A stretch of 64,000 bases of DNA, taken from the IMG/VR virus record IMGVR_UViG_3300035191_000065, one strand, 5' to 3'. A model generated the notes under the pieces. It was not told the DNA's origin. It worked only from the letters and a program-made list of their open reading frames with translations, and made no database searches. This DNA comes from an uncultured virus (IMG/VR IMGVR_UViG_3300035191_000065). Its lineage: Duplodnaviria; Heunggongvirae; Uroviricota; Caudoviricetes. Positions 35,269-45,075 of the stretch are shown piece by piece; the stretch's first letter is position 1, and each line of letters starts with the position of its first letter. The position numbers were made by a program, and so were the translations under genes.

Positions 35269-36696
35269 ATGGCCCGGAAGCCCACCACCGAACTCATCGA
35301 AGCTGCTGATGCTCTTCAGAATTGGTACGGGCTCAACCAGATTGGTGCAGATGAGGTTCTGGCTTGGTGGGGCAAGGATGGCACTGCCAAATTCGCTCTG
35401 CGCGGCCCTGCGCTTCGCATCGAGCTTCGGGCTTTCATTGACCCCATGTTGAACAACCAAGACCACCTCCTCGATATCTCGATACAGCAGGCGATGGGTC
35501 TCAAGGCGCGGCCTTGGAGGCATGATGATGGGCGAGTTGTCGGCGTAAAGGGCGGCATCGGTCAGACGATGGATAGCCGCAGGGCTCATGTCAGCCAGGT
35601 GATGGACTCTATTAGCGAGTCGATTCAGGCTTTCTTCGAGCAGCGAGACATTGAGGCCGAAGCATTCACGACGCTGATGCCCAAGGAGGGTTCTCCCTGG
35701 GAGTGGAACCAGAAACAGACATATTTCTACAACGCGAAGCGAAAGGAAACCGAAAGCACTGCCAAGCCTGACTGGATCGTTCAGGTTGAGGTGCGGGATG
35801 AGCGCACATCACAGTATGTGAAGGCGCCAGGTGCCGATTTCTGCAGGCTTGCCCCTGTCATATCGGCAGAGCCCGACGGTCCAATGGCTTGTCGGTTTGA
35901 GGATCGGGACCTCGATTTCATCGTCACTCACAGCCTCGACGTTGCGCGCTACGGTGTCGGTTGGAGAAAGATAGCCAGACTCATAAACCACTGTGGTGGT
36001 CTCCTCTACCCATCTATGGCTGTGAGTCAGGTGCCAGGAGCGCGCTTCGGTCCAGTATGTCTCGTCGTCAATCCCATGGTGGTGCTCGAAGGGATGAAAC
36101 CCTATTTCAGGCGTCGAGGCCAATGGCCTGTTGTGACATACACGACAGACGTCTGGACAGAGGTAACGAGAGACTTCCTGAGCAACGCATCCGCCATTCT
36201 GTTCGAGCAGCTCACTGGGCAATGGGAGATTAGCGTCTATGGGCGGTCACACTTTTACGTGCTTGGTCCGCCTCTGCGATTCGATGGCCCCATGGAAAGC
36301 GATATGGTTCTGAACACGAAAAAGCTTTCTGCTGCTCTCACACGGCGTGTCAGGCGCTGGCATCGTGATCTCACAGGCGAAGAGGTTGAGGAGATGCAGC
36401 TCACAGAGGAAGAAGAGCGCTATCCATATCTCGAAGCCAAGGGCAACGGCATCGTCTCGGTAGATGCACTCGTCGCCTGTGTCGCACCAACTCCCCTCAT
36501 GCGTTCGGTGAGAGCATTTCTCGAAGCAATCGACTTCCGGGGCGACGTCATTCCTCTCAAGACCAGTCGAGATGAAGCAAAAGCTCTTTCTGTCGGCCTG
36601 GATTACGGGCTGCTCTACAACTATTCATGGCGTGTGTTCGATGTGGTCATGAAGACGGCTTATGCTCAGAGAAGGGTTGAGCGCGTCGTGACATAG
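35269..36696 (+). CDS. Hypothetical protein; C-terminal domain with H...S...E pattern, possibly ART-like
   Basis: FIVTHS, GGLLYPSMAVS, FGPVCLVV, DVWT, YLEAK; GAGGTG RBS. Confidence 0.55.
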   Translation: MARKPTTELIEAADALQNWYGLNQIGADEVLAWWGKDGTAKFALRGPALRIELRAFIDPMLNNQDHLLDISIQQAMGLKARPWRHDDGRVVGVKGGIGQTMDSRRAHVSQVMDSISESIQAFFEQRDIEAEAFTTLMPKEGSPWEWNQKQTYFYNAKRKETESTAKPDWIVQVEVRDERTSQYVKAPGADFCRLAPVISAEPDGPMACRFEDRDLDFIVTHSLDVARYGVGWRKIARLINHCGGLLYPSMAVSQVPGARFGPVCLVVNPMVVLEGMKPYFRRRGQWPVVTYTTDVWTEVTRDFLSNASAILFEQLTGQWEISVYGRSHFYVLGPPLRFDGPMESDMVLNTKKLSAALTRRVRRWHRDLTGEEVEEMQLTEEEERYPYLEAKGNGIVSVDALVACVAPTPLMRSVRAFLEAIDFRGDVIPLKTSRDEAKALSVGLDYGLLYNYSWRVFDVVMKTAYAQRRVERVVT

Positions 36697-36697
36697 C

Positions 36698-36726
36698 TCG
36701 ACATGAATGCTCGCATCTGCTACCAT
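36698..36726 (+). promoter_or_regulatory. Sigma70-type promoter
   Basis: TCGACA-N17-TACCAT with TGn extension, in an intergenic gap. Confidence 0.6.
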
Positions 36727-36780
36727 CCCATTCACACACGCAAAAATCACAAAACCGAATGATCCAAGGAGCTTACACAG

Positions 36781-37347
36781 ATGTCGCACGATCCCGACGA
36801 CAAGTATCTGATCAAGGGTCCGCAGATCGACGATCCTGAGCCTGTCAATCCCAACGTGCAGCCCCCCGCAAGGGTGCAGATTCGCAAAGGCTTCGATGAG
36901 AAGGGGCGCCCGATCCTTAGCGCGCTCACGACATTGAGCGAAACCCCCGAGGAGCACATCTACCTCGTCTATCGTAGCCCAGTGAAGGATGCGGTCGTCG
37001 AGTGTGACCTTCTTGGTGACCAGGCTGTCATGAACAGTGATGGGAAACTCCCTCCTGTTATTCATATCGAGTGTCCGAGGTGCTCGAAGCCTGATCCTCC
37101 CGGGACTCGTCCTGAGGACTCAAAGAGGAGCATCCTCTCGATTACTTACGGCAACAAGCACTTCGAGATTGAAGACCTGGACCAAAAAGACTGGGGTGTC
37201 GTAACGCTCCCGGATGGACGGCCGGTCATGGGCTCGAAGGGGCAGCCAGCCATCGTGTCGAGGCGCTTGACAATCAAGGAGACGTTCAAGTGCACCTACT
37301 GTGGCAGGCGTTTTAAGATCACAGACAACTTCATGCAAGACGCATAG
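36781..37347 (+). CDS. Zn-ribbon protein
   Basis: CPRC...CTYC; AAGGAG RBS. Confidence 0.7.
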   Translation: MSHDPDDKYLIKGPQIDDPEPVNPNVQPPARVQIRKGFDEKGRPILSALTTLSETPEEHIYLVYRSPVKDAVVECDLLGDQAVMNSDGKLPPVIHIECPRCSKPDPPGTRPEDSKRSILSITYGNKHFEIEDLDQKDWGVVTLPDGRPVMGSKGQPAIVSRRLTIKETFKCTYCGRRFKITDNFMQDA

Positions 37348-37356
37348 GAGGCCGCT

Positions 37357-38109
37357 ATGGCAGATCTTGCGATGACGTTGTGTATCCTGACGCACAACAG
37401 AGTGGACGAGACCGTTCAGCTCATCGATAGCATTCGAGCCATCCCTGGCATCGACCTGGAGATTAGCATCGCTGATCAGGAGAGTGATGCCGAGTCGCGC
37501 CGATGGTTCAGGGACACGGCAGACGTATTCTGCGAGGTCAGCGATCGAGAGCTGTGGGAGTATGGGTTCGGTTCGGCCAAGCAGAAGGCTGTCGACCAGT
37601 CGTCGAACGAGTGGATCATATACGGCGATCCGGGCGAGGTCTGGCACGATAATGGTCTTCTGGTCACCATCGACGACCTTCATAAAAATGTTCCTGCCCT
37701 TAGAGCAATGCGCGGCGAACCGGATAAGGTTCGAGCCGTCGTAGAAGGCAAGCTCGACCCCGGGATACTCACCGATGACAACGGTCGAGTTTTCCGCAAG
37801 TCAGTCATGAAGATGATGGGCTACATACACGAGGCGCCGCTGCACAAGGCGACGGGTGATCTGTGGGCTGTGTGGGCGCGTGAGTACGATCCCATTGCCT
37901 GGGTCGAACATGCAGGCCCGTCGGCTGACGATCCTGTCTTTGCCGAGCGAAAACGCATCCTCTACTGGCACCTGATCCACAAGATCGTGATGAATCCCCA
38001 CCTTCGACTCGGGACCGACTTCCACTGGTGGACCCAGTACTGGCAGGAAGATGTCGAGCCTCACTTCAAGGAGGTGTCTTTCGACGAGTGGCAGAAGGTT
38101 GGAGGGTGA
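37357..38109 (+). CDS. GT2-like glycosyltransferase
   Basis: LCILTHN, IADQESD, FGSAKQ..V, WIIYGDPGE, G.IHE. Confidence 0.7.
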   Translation: MADLAMTLCILTHNRVDETVQLIDSIRAIPGIDLEISIADQESDAESRRWFRDTADVFCEVSDRELWEYGFGSAKQKAVDQSSNEWIIYGDPGEVWHDNGLLVTIDDLHKNVPALRAMRGEPDKVRAVVEGKLDPGILTDDNGRVFRKSVMKMMGYIHEAPLHKATGDLWAVWAREYDPIAWVEHAGPSADDPVFAERKRILYWHLIHKIVMNPHLRLGTDFHWWTQYWQEDVEPHFKEVSFDEWQKVGG

Positions 38110-38110
38110 C

Positions 38111-39550
38111 ATGGGCGACGAAGAAAAAGCATTTCCGATTACGATTTGGTACAGCACCTTGGGGATGGGCGACGGCCACGACTTTGCTACCAGGGGCTAT
38201 CTCCGCGGTCTGATGAGCACGAATTATCAGGGTCTCCGTCTGCCGCCGTCGCTTTCGACAGCGCTGCTTCGGATTGATGGTGAGTCGGACTCAGATATGG
38301 AGGTCTTCGCGCCGCTGATGCGGCCACCTGACCAGGTGCGCATGAAGCCGATGACGCTGGTCAAGGCTGGCGATCCGCGCATCGGAACAAAGAGAATCAT
38401 CGACGGCAAGGACAAACACGGGAATCCAGAGAAGGTCGAGATCGAAATAACAGAAGGATCAATCGATCTCGATGTCGAGCAGCAGTACACAAGCAGCCAA
38501 CGCTTCGAGGTGAGGTGTGTGGTCATTCACCACGATCCTGCATCCATCTGTCGACACTACACGAACTTCGTCAAGAAGGGGCGCCCCCCTGGTGTCGCCT
38601 ATGTCGGGCTCACAGTCTGGGAGACCTCTGAGGTGCCTGAAGCGATCGCAGTCGTGTTAAGCGAGCTGGACCTCATCATTGTTCCGTCGGAGCATGCGAA
38701 AAAAGCTTTCGAGCAGAGCGGAGTTTCGTGCCCCATAGAGGTGGTGCCGCACACCTTCGACGAGGAGAAATGGCCAAGACCGACAGAGGAAGAGCTGCTA
38801 CCCGATCGAGGTCGCGAGAAGTACGTGTTTTACTCCATCGCGACTCCGATCGAACGCAAAAACCTTACTGGTCTAATGCGCTGCTATTTCAAGGCGTTCC
38901 AGGGGCGAGACGACGTCATCCTCAGGATCAAGAGCAGCGGGGAGAAGAGTCAGCTCAAGGAGCTGGCAAAGGAAGCGCTGGAGCAGTCGGGTATCACCGA
39001 GAAGCGTCCACCACTTAGATTTTTCACTGGTCAATGGCCGATCGATCAGATACGCGCCTTCCACCTGGACGGCGATTGCTACGTCTCAGCGACCCGAGGA
39101 GAGGGGTTCGGGCTTCCAGAAATGGAAGCGCGCCTCTGTGGCAGCCGGGTCATCACGACAGGATGGGGAGCAGCCTGCGAGGTGCTCAAGAACGGAACCA
39201 CCTGGCAAAAGTTCGGAGATGAGATGCTTCAGACCTACAGGACGGCGGGCGCCGTCGAGCAGGTCGAAGGAGATTACGGACCAAATCTGCTCGTGGATTA
39301 CGAGCTGACCTCTGTCAAAAATATGCAGGGCATCGGGTGCTATGAGCCCGAGCAGCAATGGGCTGATCCGAAAGATGATTCCTTGGTCGATGCCATGAGG
39401 CTTGCGGCTGAGCAGCGATTCGGCCCTGACAGGCTCGCCTGGGATTCGATGCAGGCGAAGTTCGGGCAACTCGACGTGGGAACGCAGCTCGCACAGGCCC
39501 TTGTGCATGCAAGGGAGACCGCGGAGGAGGAAGCGGACGATGAGTTCTAG
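38111..39550 (+). CDS. GT4 glycosyltransferase
   Basis: VWET, ERKN, GDCYVSATRGEGFGLPEMEA. Confidence 0.85.
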   Translation: MGDEEKAFPITIWYSTLGMGDGHDFATRGYLRGLMSTNYQGLRLPPSLSTALLRIDGESDSDMEVFAPLMRPPDQVRMKPMTLVKAGDPRIGTKRIIDGKDKHGNPEKVEIEITEGSIDLDVEQQYTSSQRFEVRCVVIHHDPASICRHYTNFVKKGRPPGVAYVGLTVWETSEVPEAIAVVLSELDLIIVPSEHAKKAFEQSGVSCPIEVVPHTFDEEKWPRPTEEELLPDRGREKYVFYSIATPIERKNLTGLMRCYFKAFQGRDDVILRIKSSGEKSQLKELAKEALEQSGITEKRPPLRFFTGQWPIDQIRAFHLDGDCYVSATRGEGFGLPEMEARLCGSRVITTGWGAACEVLKNGTTWQKFGDEMLQTYRTAGAVEQVEGDYGPNLLVDYELTSVKNMQGIGCYEPEQQWADPKDDSLVDAMRLAAEQRFGPDRLAWDSMQAKFGQLDVGTQLAQALVHARETAEEEADDEF

Positions 39551-39785
39551 GAAGGATACAGGGTCTCCTCCGGATGAGAGGGACGAAGGTCAGAAGACCG
39601 ATGTGACACTGAAGCTCATCCCGAAGAAGGACAAGCACGGAAACACCTATCACATCGCAAGGACGGACGCTCCGATATTGCTGGACCTGCGCGAATGTAC
39701 AATTTTCGTGTTTACTAGGGACCAGCCGGAGCTTTCCATTCGCAGGACGAAATTAAGTCCTGGTCAAAAAAGGAAAGACTCATGA
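39540..39785 (+). CDS. Small hypothetical protein
   Basis: Start reassigned to MSSRKD after GGAGG. Confidence 0.6.
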   Translation: MSSRKDTGSPPDERDEGQKTDVTLKLIPKKDKHGNTYHIARTDAPILLDLRECTIFVFTRDQPELSIRRTKLSPGQKRKDS

Positions 39786-40912
39786 GAGTGCTTTTCGTGG
39801 GGCCTGTGTCTGGCTACACCAGCTATCCGGTCGTCTCGAAGGGTATCCTCAAAGCCATGCTCGAAGCCGGAATCGAACCGGTTGTTGCGGACGTTACTTG
39901 GGACGGCTCTCCGGATCACACGGAGCCCTGCTTCGACTCAAACGATCAGGTCACCTTCTTGAGTCAAAACGAGGTGATCGATCTTGTGCAGGGGGGGGTC
40001 GTTCCTGTTGACGGGGTTGATAAGTGCGTGGCCGTCAACCCGTCTCATCACCTTATGCGGGTCAAGGAGAACAGTATCAAGATGGCCGGCATGTTCGTCG
40101 GTGATGTCGACGTGCTTCCGGACTCCTGGAAGCAGCTCATGAACCAGCAAGACCTCGTCCTTACGCCGTCGAGCTGGTACAGGTCAGTAATCCAAGACTC
40201 GGGTGTCGAACGGCCGGTCATGGTTCTCAACCATGGTCTATCTCCGGTGTTTCGTCCTCAGGATGATAACTTGTTCGATGAAGAGGTCGTCGGAGAGAAG
40301 TTTGTGTTCCTTCACTTGTGCTCTGCTGTTTTCTTTCCCGAGCGCAAAGGGACGCCCCAGGTCATCGACGCCTTCGAGCAGCTCGTTGAAGCCGGCCAGG
40401 ACGTCATCCTGAGAATCATTTTTGGGATGAAGTCGAAGCCGGTCAGGCAGCTCCTCAAGGCAATTCCCTCAGAGGTCAAGAGTCGGATGCAAATCCACTT
40501 CTTTTCTGGGGCTCGATCCCAGGACGAGATTCGCAAGAGCTATCTTGGGTGCCATGCTGGGGTTTTCCCAAGCCGCGCTGAGGGGTTCGGGATGATTCCC
40601 CTGGAGATGAGAGCATGCGGAGTGCCTGTCATCCAGACCTTTTGCACTGGGCACAGGGATCATATGGATCCAGACGACGCTCCTTTCCGCTGGGGAATCG
40701 TCGAAGTGCCTCACGGCCCGATGATCAAGGCGTGGGGTAAGTTCGGGCTCGCGCCCGAAGTAAGGGCCACGGACGTAAGAGCAGCCATGGAGAGCTGTCT
40801 CAACGGCTATGACAACCTCAGGCAGGCTTCTCGGGACATGGCCGAGGCGGTACAGGCTCAGTGGTCGTGGGAAACCACCTCGGCACCCTTGGTTAAGTGG
40901 CTGTTGAGTTAA
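39782..40912 (+). CDS. GT4 glycosyltransferase
   Basis: ERKG, VFPSRAEGFGMIPLEMRACGVP. Confidence 0.88.
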   Translation: MRVLFVGPVSGYTSYPVVSKGILKAMLEAGIEPVVADVTWDGSPDHTEPCFDSNDQVTFLSQNEVIDLVQGGVVPVDGVDKCVAVNPSHHLMRVKENSIKMAGMFVGDVDVLPDSWKQLMNQQDLVLTPSSWYRSVIQDSGVERPVMVLNHGLSPVFRPQDDNLFDEEVVGEKFVFLHLCSAVFFPERKGTPQVIDAFEQLVEAGQDVILRIIFGMKSKPVRQLLKAIPSEVKSRMQIHFFSGARSQDEIRKSYLGCHAGVFPSRAEGFGMIPLEMRACGVPVIQTFCTGHRDHMDPDDAPFRWGIVEVPHGPMIKAWGKFGLAPEVRATDVRAAMESCLNGYDNLRQASRDMAEAVQAQWSWETTSAPLVKWLLS

Positions 40913-40956
40913 GTCGTGGTCACTCCATAGGCGTAAAATATCCATCCCGCCGATAG

Positions 40957-40986
40957 TCCTCAGGATGAATACATTAATGGTATACT
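40957..40986 (+). promoter_or_regulatory. Extended -10 promoter with a palindrome at the -35 position
   Basis: TG-G-TATACT at 40978-40986; TCCTCAGGA at 40957-40965. Confidence 0.55.
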
Positions 40987-41011
40987 CTCTCCTTTAAAGG
41001 AGGGACATCCT

Positions 41012-41512
41012 ATGGGCGATCTTGAGCAGCAGCTTCTGAATACAAATATCGTTCTGATGGCAGCCGCAGCATGGTTCATCATGTGGGTCATCAGAAAGGT
41101 TTGGAAGGGGATGAAGAGGATCGAGTGGGTCAGAAAACTCATGCCGATCTACCCAGCCATTCTTTGTCAGGGTTTTGTATGGATACCGGGGGCAATGCCG
41201 CCAGGGGAGGATACCCCAACAATAGGAACGCGCATTCTTACTGGTCTCTGGTGTGGCTTCCTTGCTTCTATTGGCTACCAGCTCATCCGTCGCATATTGG
41301 AGCGTCAGGGGGTGGTGCTACCCGAAGACCCAAGCAAACTTGTTCCAAGTATTACGCCAACGCCGCCTCCTGCTCCCGTCGAAGACGATGATGTCGATGG
41401 TGATGAGGTGTCGTCAGATGATCGTGTTACTCCAAAGGAGACGCCGATTCCCAAGAGCGACGAGGACGAGAAGGAGAAGGACAAGGGCAAAGACGGTGAT
41501 GACGAAGACTGA
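41012..41512 (+). CDS. Three-TM membrane protein, holin-like
   Basis: Three hydrophobic helices and a charged tail; AAGGAGG RBS. Confidence 0.55.
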   Translation: MGDLEQQLLNTNIVLMAAAAWFIMWVIRKVWKGMKRIEWVRKLMPIYPAILCQGFVWIPGAMPPGEDTPTIGTRILTGLWCGFLASIGYQLIRRILERQGVVLPEDPSKLVPSITPTPPPAPVEDDDVDGDEVSSDDRVTPKETPIPKSDEDEKEKDKGKDGDDED

Positions 41513-41532
41513 TGCTGCGCCCTCCTACTCGC

Positions 41533-41564
41533 TTGACACTCGATCCCAAGATAGCATATGTTAT
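41533..41564 (+). promoter_or_regulatory. Promoter with operator ATAGCATATGTTAT
   Basis: TTGACA 41533-41538, N18, TATGTT; operator at 41551-41564. Confidence 0.55.
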
Positions 41565-41577
41565 CCCGGAGGGTTTG

Positions 41578-41988
41578 ATGCCATCCGAACAGAACACGAT
41601 TGGCAAGGATATTCCCTTTGAGCTGCCCTGGTGGACGAAGGCGTGGAACTGGTTCCGAAAATGGGGCTGGATACCGGCTGGCTTTGTCATCCTGGTTCTC
41701 GGGTTTGTTCTCGGGGGAGTACTCTTTCGTCGTCGTGACGGAAAAGTCATCACGCCGCTTGACGACATTCGAGAGGCTGTAAGGCAACACGATGAAGAGG
41801 TTGATGCTGAGATTGAAGCAGCCCGCCAAGCTCACGTCGACGAGGTCATCCGCATCGAGCGTGAGCATCAAGAGCAACTCGACAAGCTTACAGAGGACCA
41901 GGAGCGAAGACGCCAGGAGTATCGGAAGAATCCGAAGAGGCTGGCTCGTTGGTTGACCGGGCTCGCGAGGGGCGAAGATGATGGCTAG
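41578..41988 (+). CDS. Single-TM coiled-coil protein, spanin-like architecture
   Basis: Start reassigned to the ATG after GGAGGG; TM then coiled coil. Confidence 0.55.
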   Translation: MPSEQNTIGKDIPFELPWWTKAWNWFRKWGWIPAGFVILVLGFVLGGVLFRRRDGKVITPLDDIREAVRQHDEEVDAEIEAARQAHVDEVIRIEREHQEQLDKLTEDQERRRQEYRKNPKRLARWLTGLARGEDDG

Positions 41989-42385
41989 AGAGGAAGGGGT
42001 TCCCACGCAGTCGGGACTCCCAGGGTTGCCCCCCGAGGAGCAGCTTAAGCACAGCATGGAGGCGGTGCAGCGGATTGCGAAGCGGCCCAATAATCCTCCT
42101 GTGACCTTGAGGCCACCCGACAAGCTGGAGCCGGAGACGCTGGTTCTTGCTGACTTTTCGGCGATGGATCGAGCGTGCCTTCCTATTAAGACCACTCAGG
42201 TGTGCATGGCCCTTGCCGCAACCCTTGCTCGTCGGGTTCAGGGCGCTGGTATCGGCGGACAGGTCCAGGAGATGATCCTCGTCAGGCCCGACGGGCGGTT
42301 GGTTGGTCTTGCTGATTCTTCCAACGGTGAACGCATCGCTCTCGAAGAATTCTGGGAAATTCCAGAACAAGCCAAGAGATCGTAA
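41978..42385 (+). CDS. Hypothetical protein
   Basis: 135-aa ORF overlapping the upstream stop. Confidence 0.6.
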   Translation: MMAREEGVPTQSGLPGLPPEEQLKHSMEAVQRIAKRPNNPPVTLRPPDKLEPETLVLADFSAMDRACLPIKTTQVCMALAATLARRVQGAGIGGQVQEMILVRPDGRLVGLADSSNGERIALEEFWEIPEQAKRS

Positions 42386-42495
42386 CCTAGCGTGAGACCT
42401 AAGGAATGTGCTATGATGCCGGTGCAGGCCACCTGTTGCCACCGCCGGCCCAGGTCTATCAGGTGGCTCATCCTCCTTCCTCGTCAGAGGATGTA

Positions 42496-43650
42496 ATGAC
42501 ATACGCGGTCAATTTGCCCTATAGCGTCACGCGACGACCCAATGGCCCCTCGATGTACTACCCCTGCCCGAGCGCGATTCAGCCGGTTCAGGACCAGCAG
42601 GGGGCTGGCTACTTCATCGACGCGGCTGGTGTCCGTGTCTCGACAGGAAGCGCCCCGCTCGACTTCATCATCAAGTGGGGATTCTGGGTGGGCATGGCGG
42701 CGATCCTCTACAAGAGCTATCGCGTGCTTCGATACGATGAGCCGTTTTTCTTGGGGGCGCCCCGGACTCCAGCGGCTTGGGAAGTGAATCCAGCACGGAC
42801 TGAGGAGCAAGAGGAGCTGAGGGGAGTTCTTCTTGAAGCATATGAACCAGGGATGAGCATTAATAGGCTTGCTGCGTCCTTGGGCATCCCGAGGGCAACG
42901 GTAACAAAATGGCTAAAAGAGGCAGGTGTTTATGTCCCGCGAGGGGTGTCGCCCGAGCTAGAAGAAAAGCGACGACTTCTCATCTCTCTCTACGAGCCAG
43001 AGATGAGCATCAGGGCTTTGGCTAAGGATGTTGGGGTGAATGAGGCAACGGCCAAGAAATGGCTCAAAGAGGAGGGGATTTATGTCCCGAGAAAAGGGAG
43101 AAGGACAAAGAGGAGCCTGCCGAAGTATTCCGAGTATGAGTCGCTGAAGCAAGAGCTTTTTCGCAGGTACACTCCTGGGGCAAGCGTCAGAAAGCTAGCG
43201 CGTGATCTGGGGATTGAACCAGTTACAGCGCTTCGATGGTTACAGGAGACCGAATTCTATCAACCGCCAGATCCGTCGACGCGGGTATTGTCAGAGGGGC
43301 TGCAAGAGAAGCGGCGCCTGCTCATTTCTCTCTACGAGCCAGAGATGAGCATCAGGGCTTTGGCTAAGGATGTTGGGGTGAATGAGGCAACGGCCAAGAA
43401 ATGGCTGGTGCAAGAGGGCATCTATGTTCCGCGAAGGGGTAGATACCCGAAGAAACGATCCAGGAATCCAGAGGGGGAAGAAATGCTGCGAGTGTGCGCT
43501 TGGTGCAAGCGCGTGTGGCGCGATGGCCGGTGGCAGTACGGATTCATTCCTGAGACAGTGCAGCAGACGCACGGGATCTGCGAAGATTGCGAAAGAGTTG
43601 TTTATAGCGCAATAGACGAGGACGAGACTGATGAAAGGGCGCGTCGATGA
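42496..43650 (+). CDS. TM, four HTH repeats and C-terminal Zn finger
   Basis: Four (M/A)S(I/V)..LA...G......A..WL units; CAWC...HGICEDC; NP motifs bound the HTH block. Confidence 0.8.
   Translation: MTYAVNLPYSVTRRPNGPSMYYPCPSAIQPVQDQQGAGYFIDAAGVRVSTGSAPLDFIIKWGFWVGMAAILYKSYRVLRYDEPFFLGAPRTPAAWEVNPARTEEQEELRGVLLEAYEPGMSINRLAASLGIPRATVTKWLKEAGVYVPRGVSPELEEKRRLLISLYEPEMSIRALAKDVGVNEATAKKWLKEEGIYVPRKGRRTKRSLPKYSEYESLKQELFRRYTPGASVRKLARDLGIEPVTALRWLQETEFYQPPDPSTRVLSEGLQEKRRLLISLYEPEMSIRALAKDVGVNEATAKKWLVQEGIYVPRRGRYPKKRSRNPEGEEMLRVCAWCKRVWRDGRWQYGFIPETVQQTHGICEDCERVVYSAIDEDETDERARR
42979..43406 (+). repeat. 86-bp direct repeat (HTH units 2 and 4)
   Basis: 42979-43064 versus 43321-43406, one mismatch. 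Confidence 0.9.
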
Positions 43651-44006
43651 GCTACGAACGGCAGATGAAGCTGAACAAGATGGCTCGTGAGCTGAACGTC
43701 GCCGCTCGGCACGTGGCTCATGGTGTCGGCGCTGGCAACAAGGCCATCGAGACCGCGGAGACCATCAGCCCTGCGCTCGCAGAGCAGACGAAAAGGTTTT
43801 TCGTTGAAAACCTCGGATTGCGCCGCGATGTCATGGCCATCGGGAGCTATATCGGTCAGGTGATGTGGCCCCAGTTCGACGAGGAGATGGATGATGCGGT
43901 GCAGTACGGATACGAAGACGCTTCGAGGTATCCTGGCGGTGGCGACGCTGCTGGTCCTCCTCCTGTGGGGCTCTCAGGCGTGGTGCGAAGACGCGGAGTC
44001 GGGTGA
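43647..44006 (+). CDS. Hypothetical protein
   Basis: MSYE start; 3' end overlaps the next gene. Confidence 0.6.
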   Translation: MSYERQMKLNKMARELNVAARHVAHGVGAGNKAIETAETISPALAEQTKRFFVENLGLRRDVMAIGSYIGQVMWPQFDEEMDDAVQYGYEDASRYPGGGDAAGPPPVGLSGVVRRRGVG

Positions 44007-44391
44007 GTCTGACGAGACGTCCCTGGATGGGGCGATATCGATCTCTGCAGGCGAAGAAGCTCCCTTCGACGGAATACTCTTTCCAATCGAGCTGGCGATC
44101 CAGATGGGCTTTCGCATCGAGACGCTTCAGACCAGGCTGCGTCTCGATGTCGAGCGGGAGCAGCGTTTGTGTCGTGCTCAGATTCATTTCGAGACCAGGC
44201 GCCGTGAGCTGGAAGAAGAGCGGCGCGACTTTCAGATCAACCTCCTCGAAGAGCGGGTGCGTGAGCAGGCCGAGGAGCTGGCGAGGCCGACGCCTTGGTA
44301 TAGACGGTGGGGCTTTGCCTATGGGATGGGGATACTCACGAGCGTGATACTCGTCGCTGGCGGGGTGGTAGCGCTTGTTTCGGTGATGTGA
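43891..44391 (+). CDS. Signal peptide, coiled coil and C-terminal TM protein (possible lysis accessory)
   Basis: N-terminal hydrophobic signal, APFDGILF, coiled coil, PWY then TM. Confidence 0.6.
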   Translation: MMRCSTDTKTLRGILAVATLLVLLLWGSQAWCEDAESGESDETSLDGAISISAGEEAPFDGILFPIELAIQMGFRIETLQTRLRLDVEREQRLCRAQIHFETRRRELEEERRDFQINLLEERVREQAEELARPTPWYRRWGFAYGMGILTSVILVAGGVVALVSVM

Positions 44392-44398
44392 GGTTGTC

Positions 44399-45073
44399 AT
44401 GAGCTACGAATACTCTCCTGGCTTTGCAGGGCTTTTTGATCGTTTCAGAAGGGGAAAGCGTCGTCTGAGAACAGGCGCCGGTATCCCCAACCGCAGCGAG
44501 GGTCGTCACCTGGACATTCAGGGTACCGTGACGACGATAAGGGGAACGCCGGTCACGGGCAGGATTTACGTCCTGAGCGCTGGAAGGAGAATCGCGTTCG
44601 TTACAATTATCAGTGGGCGCTACACCATCTACGATCTTGGTCCGGGCTCTTACCAGCTCGTGCCTGAGGCGACCGGCGTCGATTCGACGCCTCGCAACGT
44701 CACCGTCGGGCTCAGCCCCATTACCGTAAACTTTGTTTCTAGTGATACGGGTGCCGCCACGGAGGGCGGATGGACACCTACAGTCATGACAATGGTGCCG
44801 CTTTCTGATGCACCTGATTTGACCAGCGGAAGTCGCATGGTCATACAGGGAACAGCGACGACGACGCGTGGAACACCTGCTCCTGGAAGGATCGATGTCT
44901 ATCAGGGGGGTCGCAGGATGGGATATACCAACGCCGTCAGTGGTAGATATACGGTCTACGATCTTCCGAGGGGCGACTACAGGATGGTTTTCAGACCGAC
45001 ATCAGGAGGAGAGTCCAGTCGTAATGTGACCGTGGGACACAGCGCAATCACCGTGAATTTTGTGGTGAGTTAG
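44399..45073 (+). CDS. YEY-leader protein with two carboxypeptidase-regulatory/prealbumin-like beta domains
   Basis: MSYEYSPGFAG; duplicated IQGT.TT.RGTP..GRI...SGRYT.YDL..G.Y...RNVTVG...ITVNFV. Confidence 0.75.
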   Translation: MSYEYSPGFAGLFDRFRRGKRRLRTGAGIPNRSEGRHLDIQGTVTTIRGTPVTGRIYVLSAGRRIAFVTIISGRYTIYDLGPGSYQLVPEATGVDSTPRNVTVGLSPITVNFVSSDTGAATEGGWTPTVMTMVPLSDAPDLTSGSRMVIQGTATTTRGTPAPGRIDVYQGGRRMGYTNAVSGRYTVYDLPRGDYRMVFRPTSGGESSRNVTVGHSAITVNFVVS

Positions 45074-45075
45074 CA

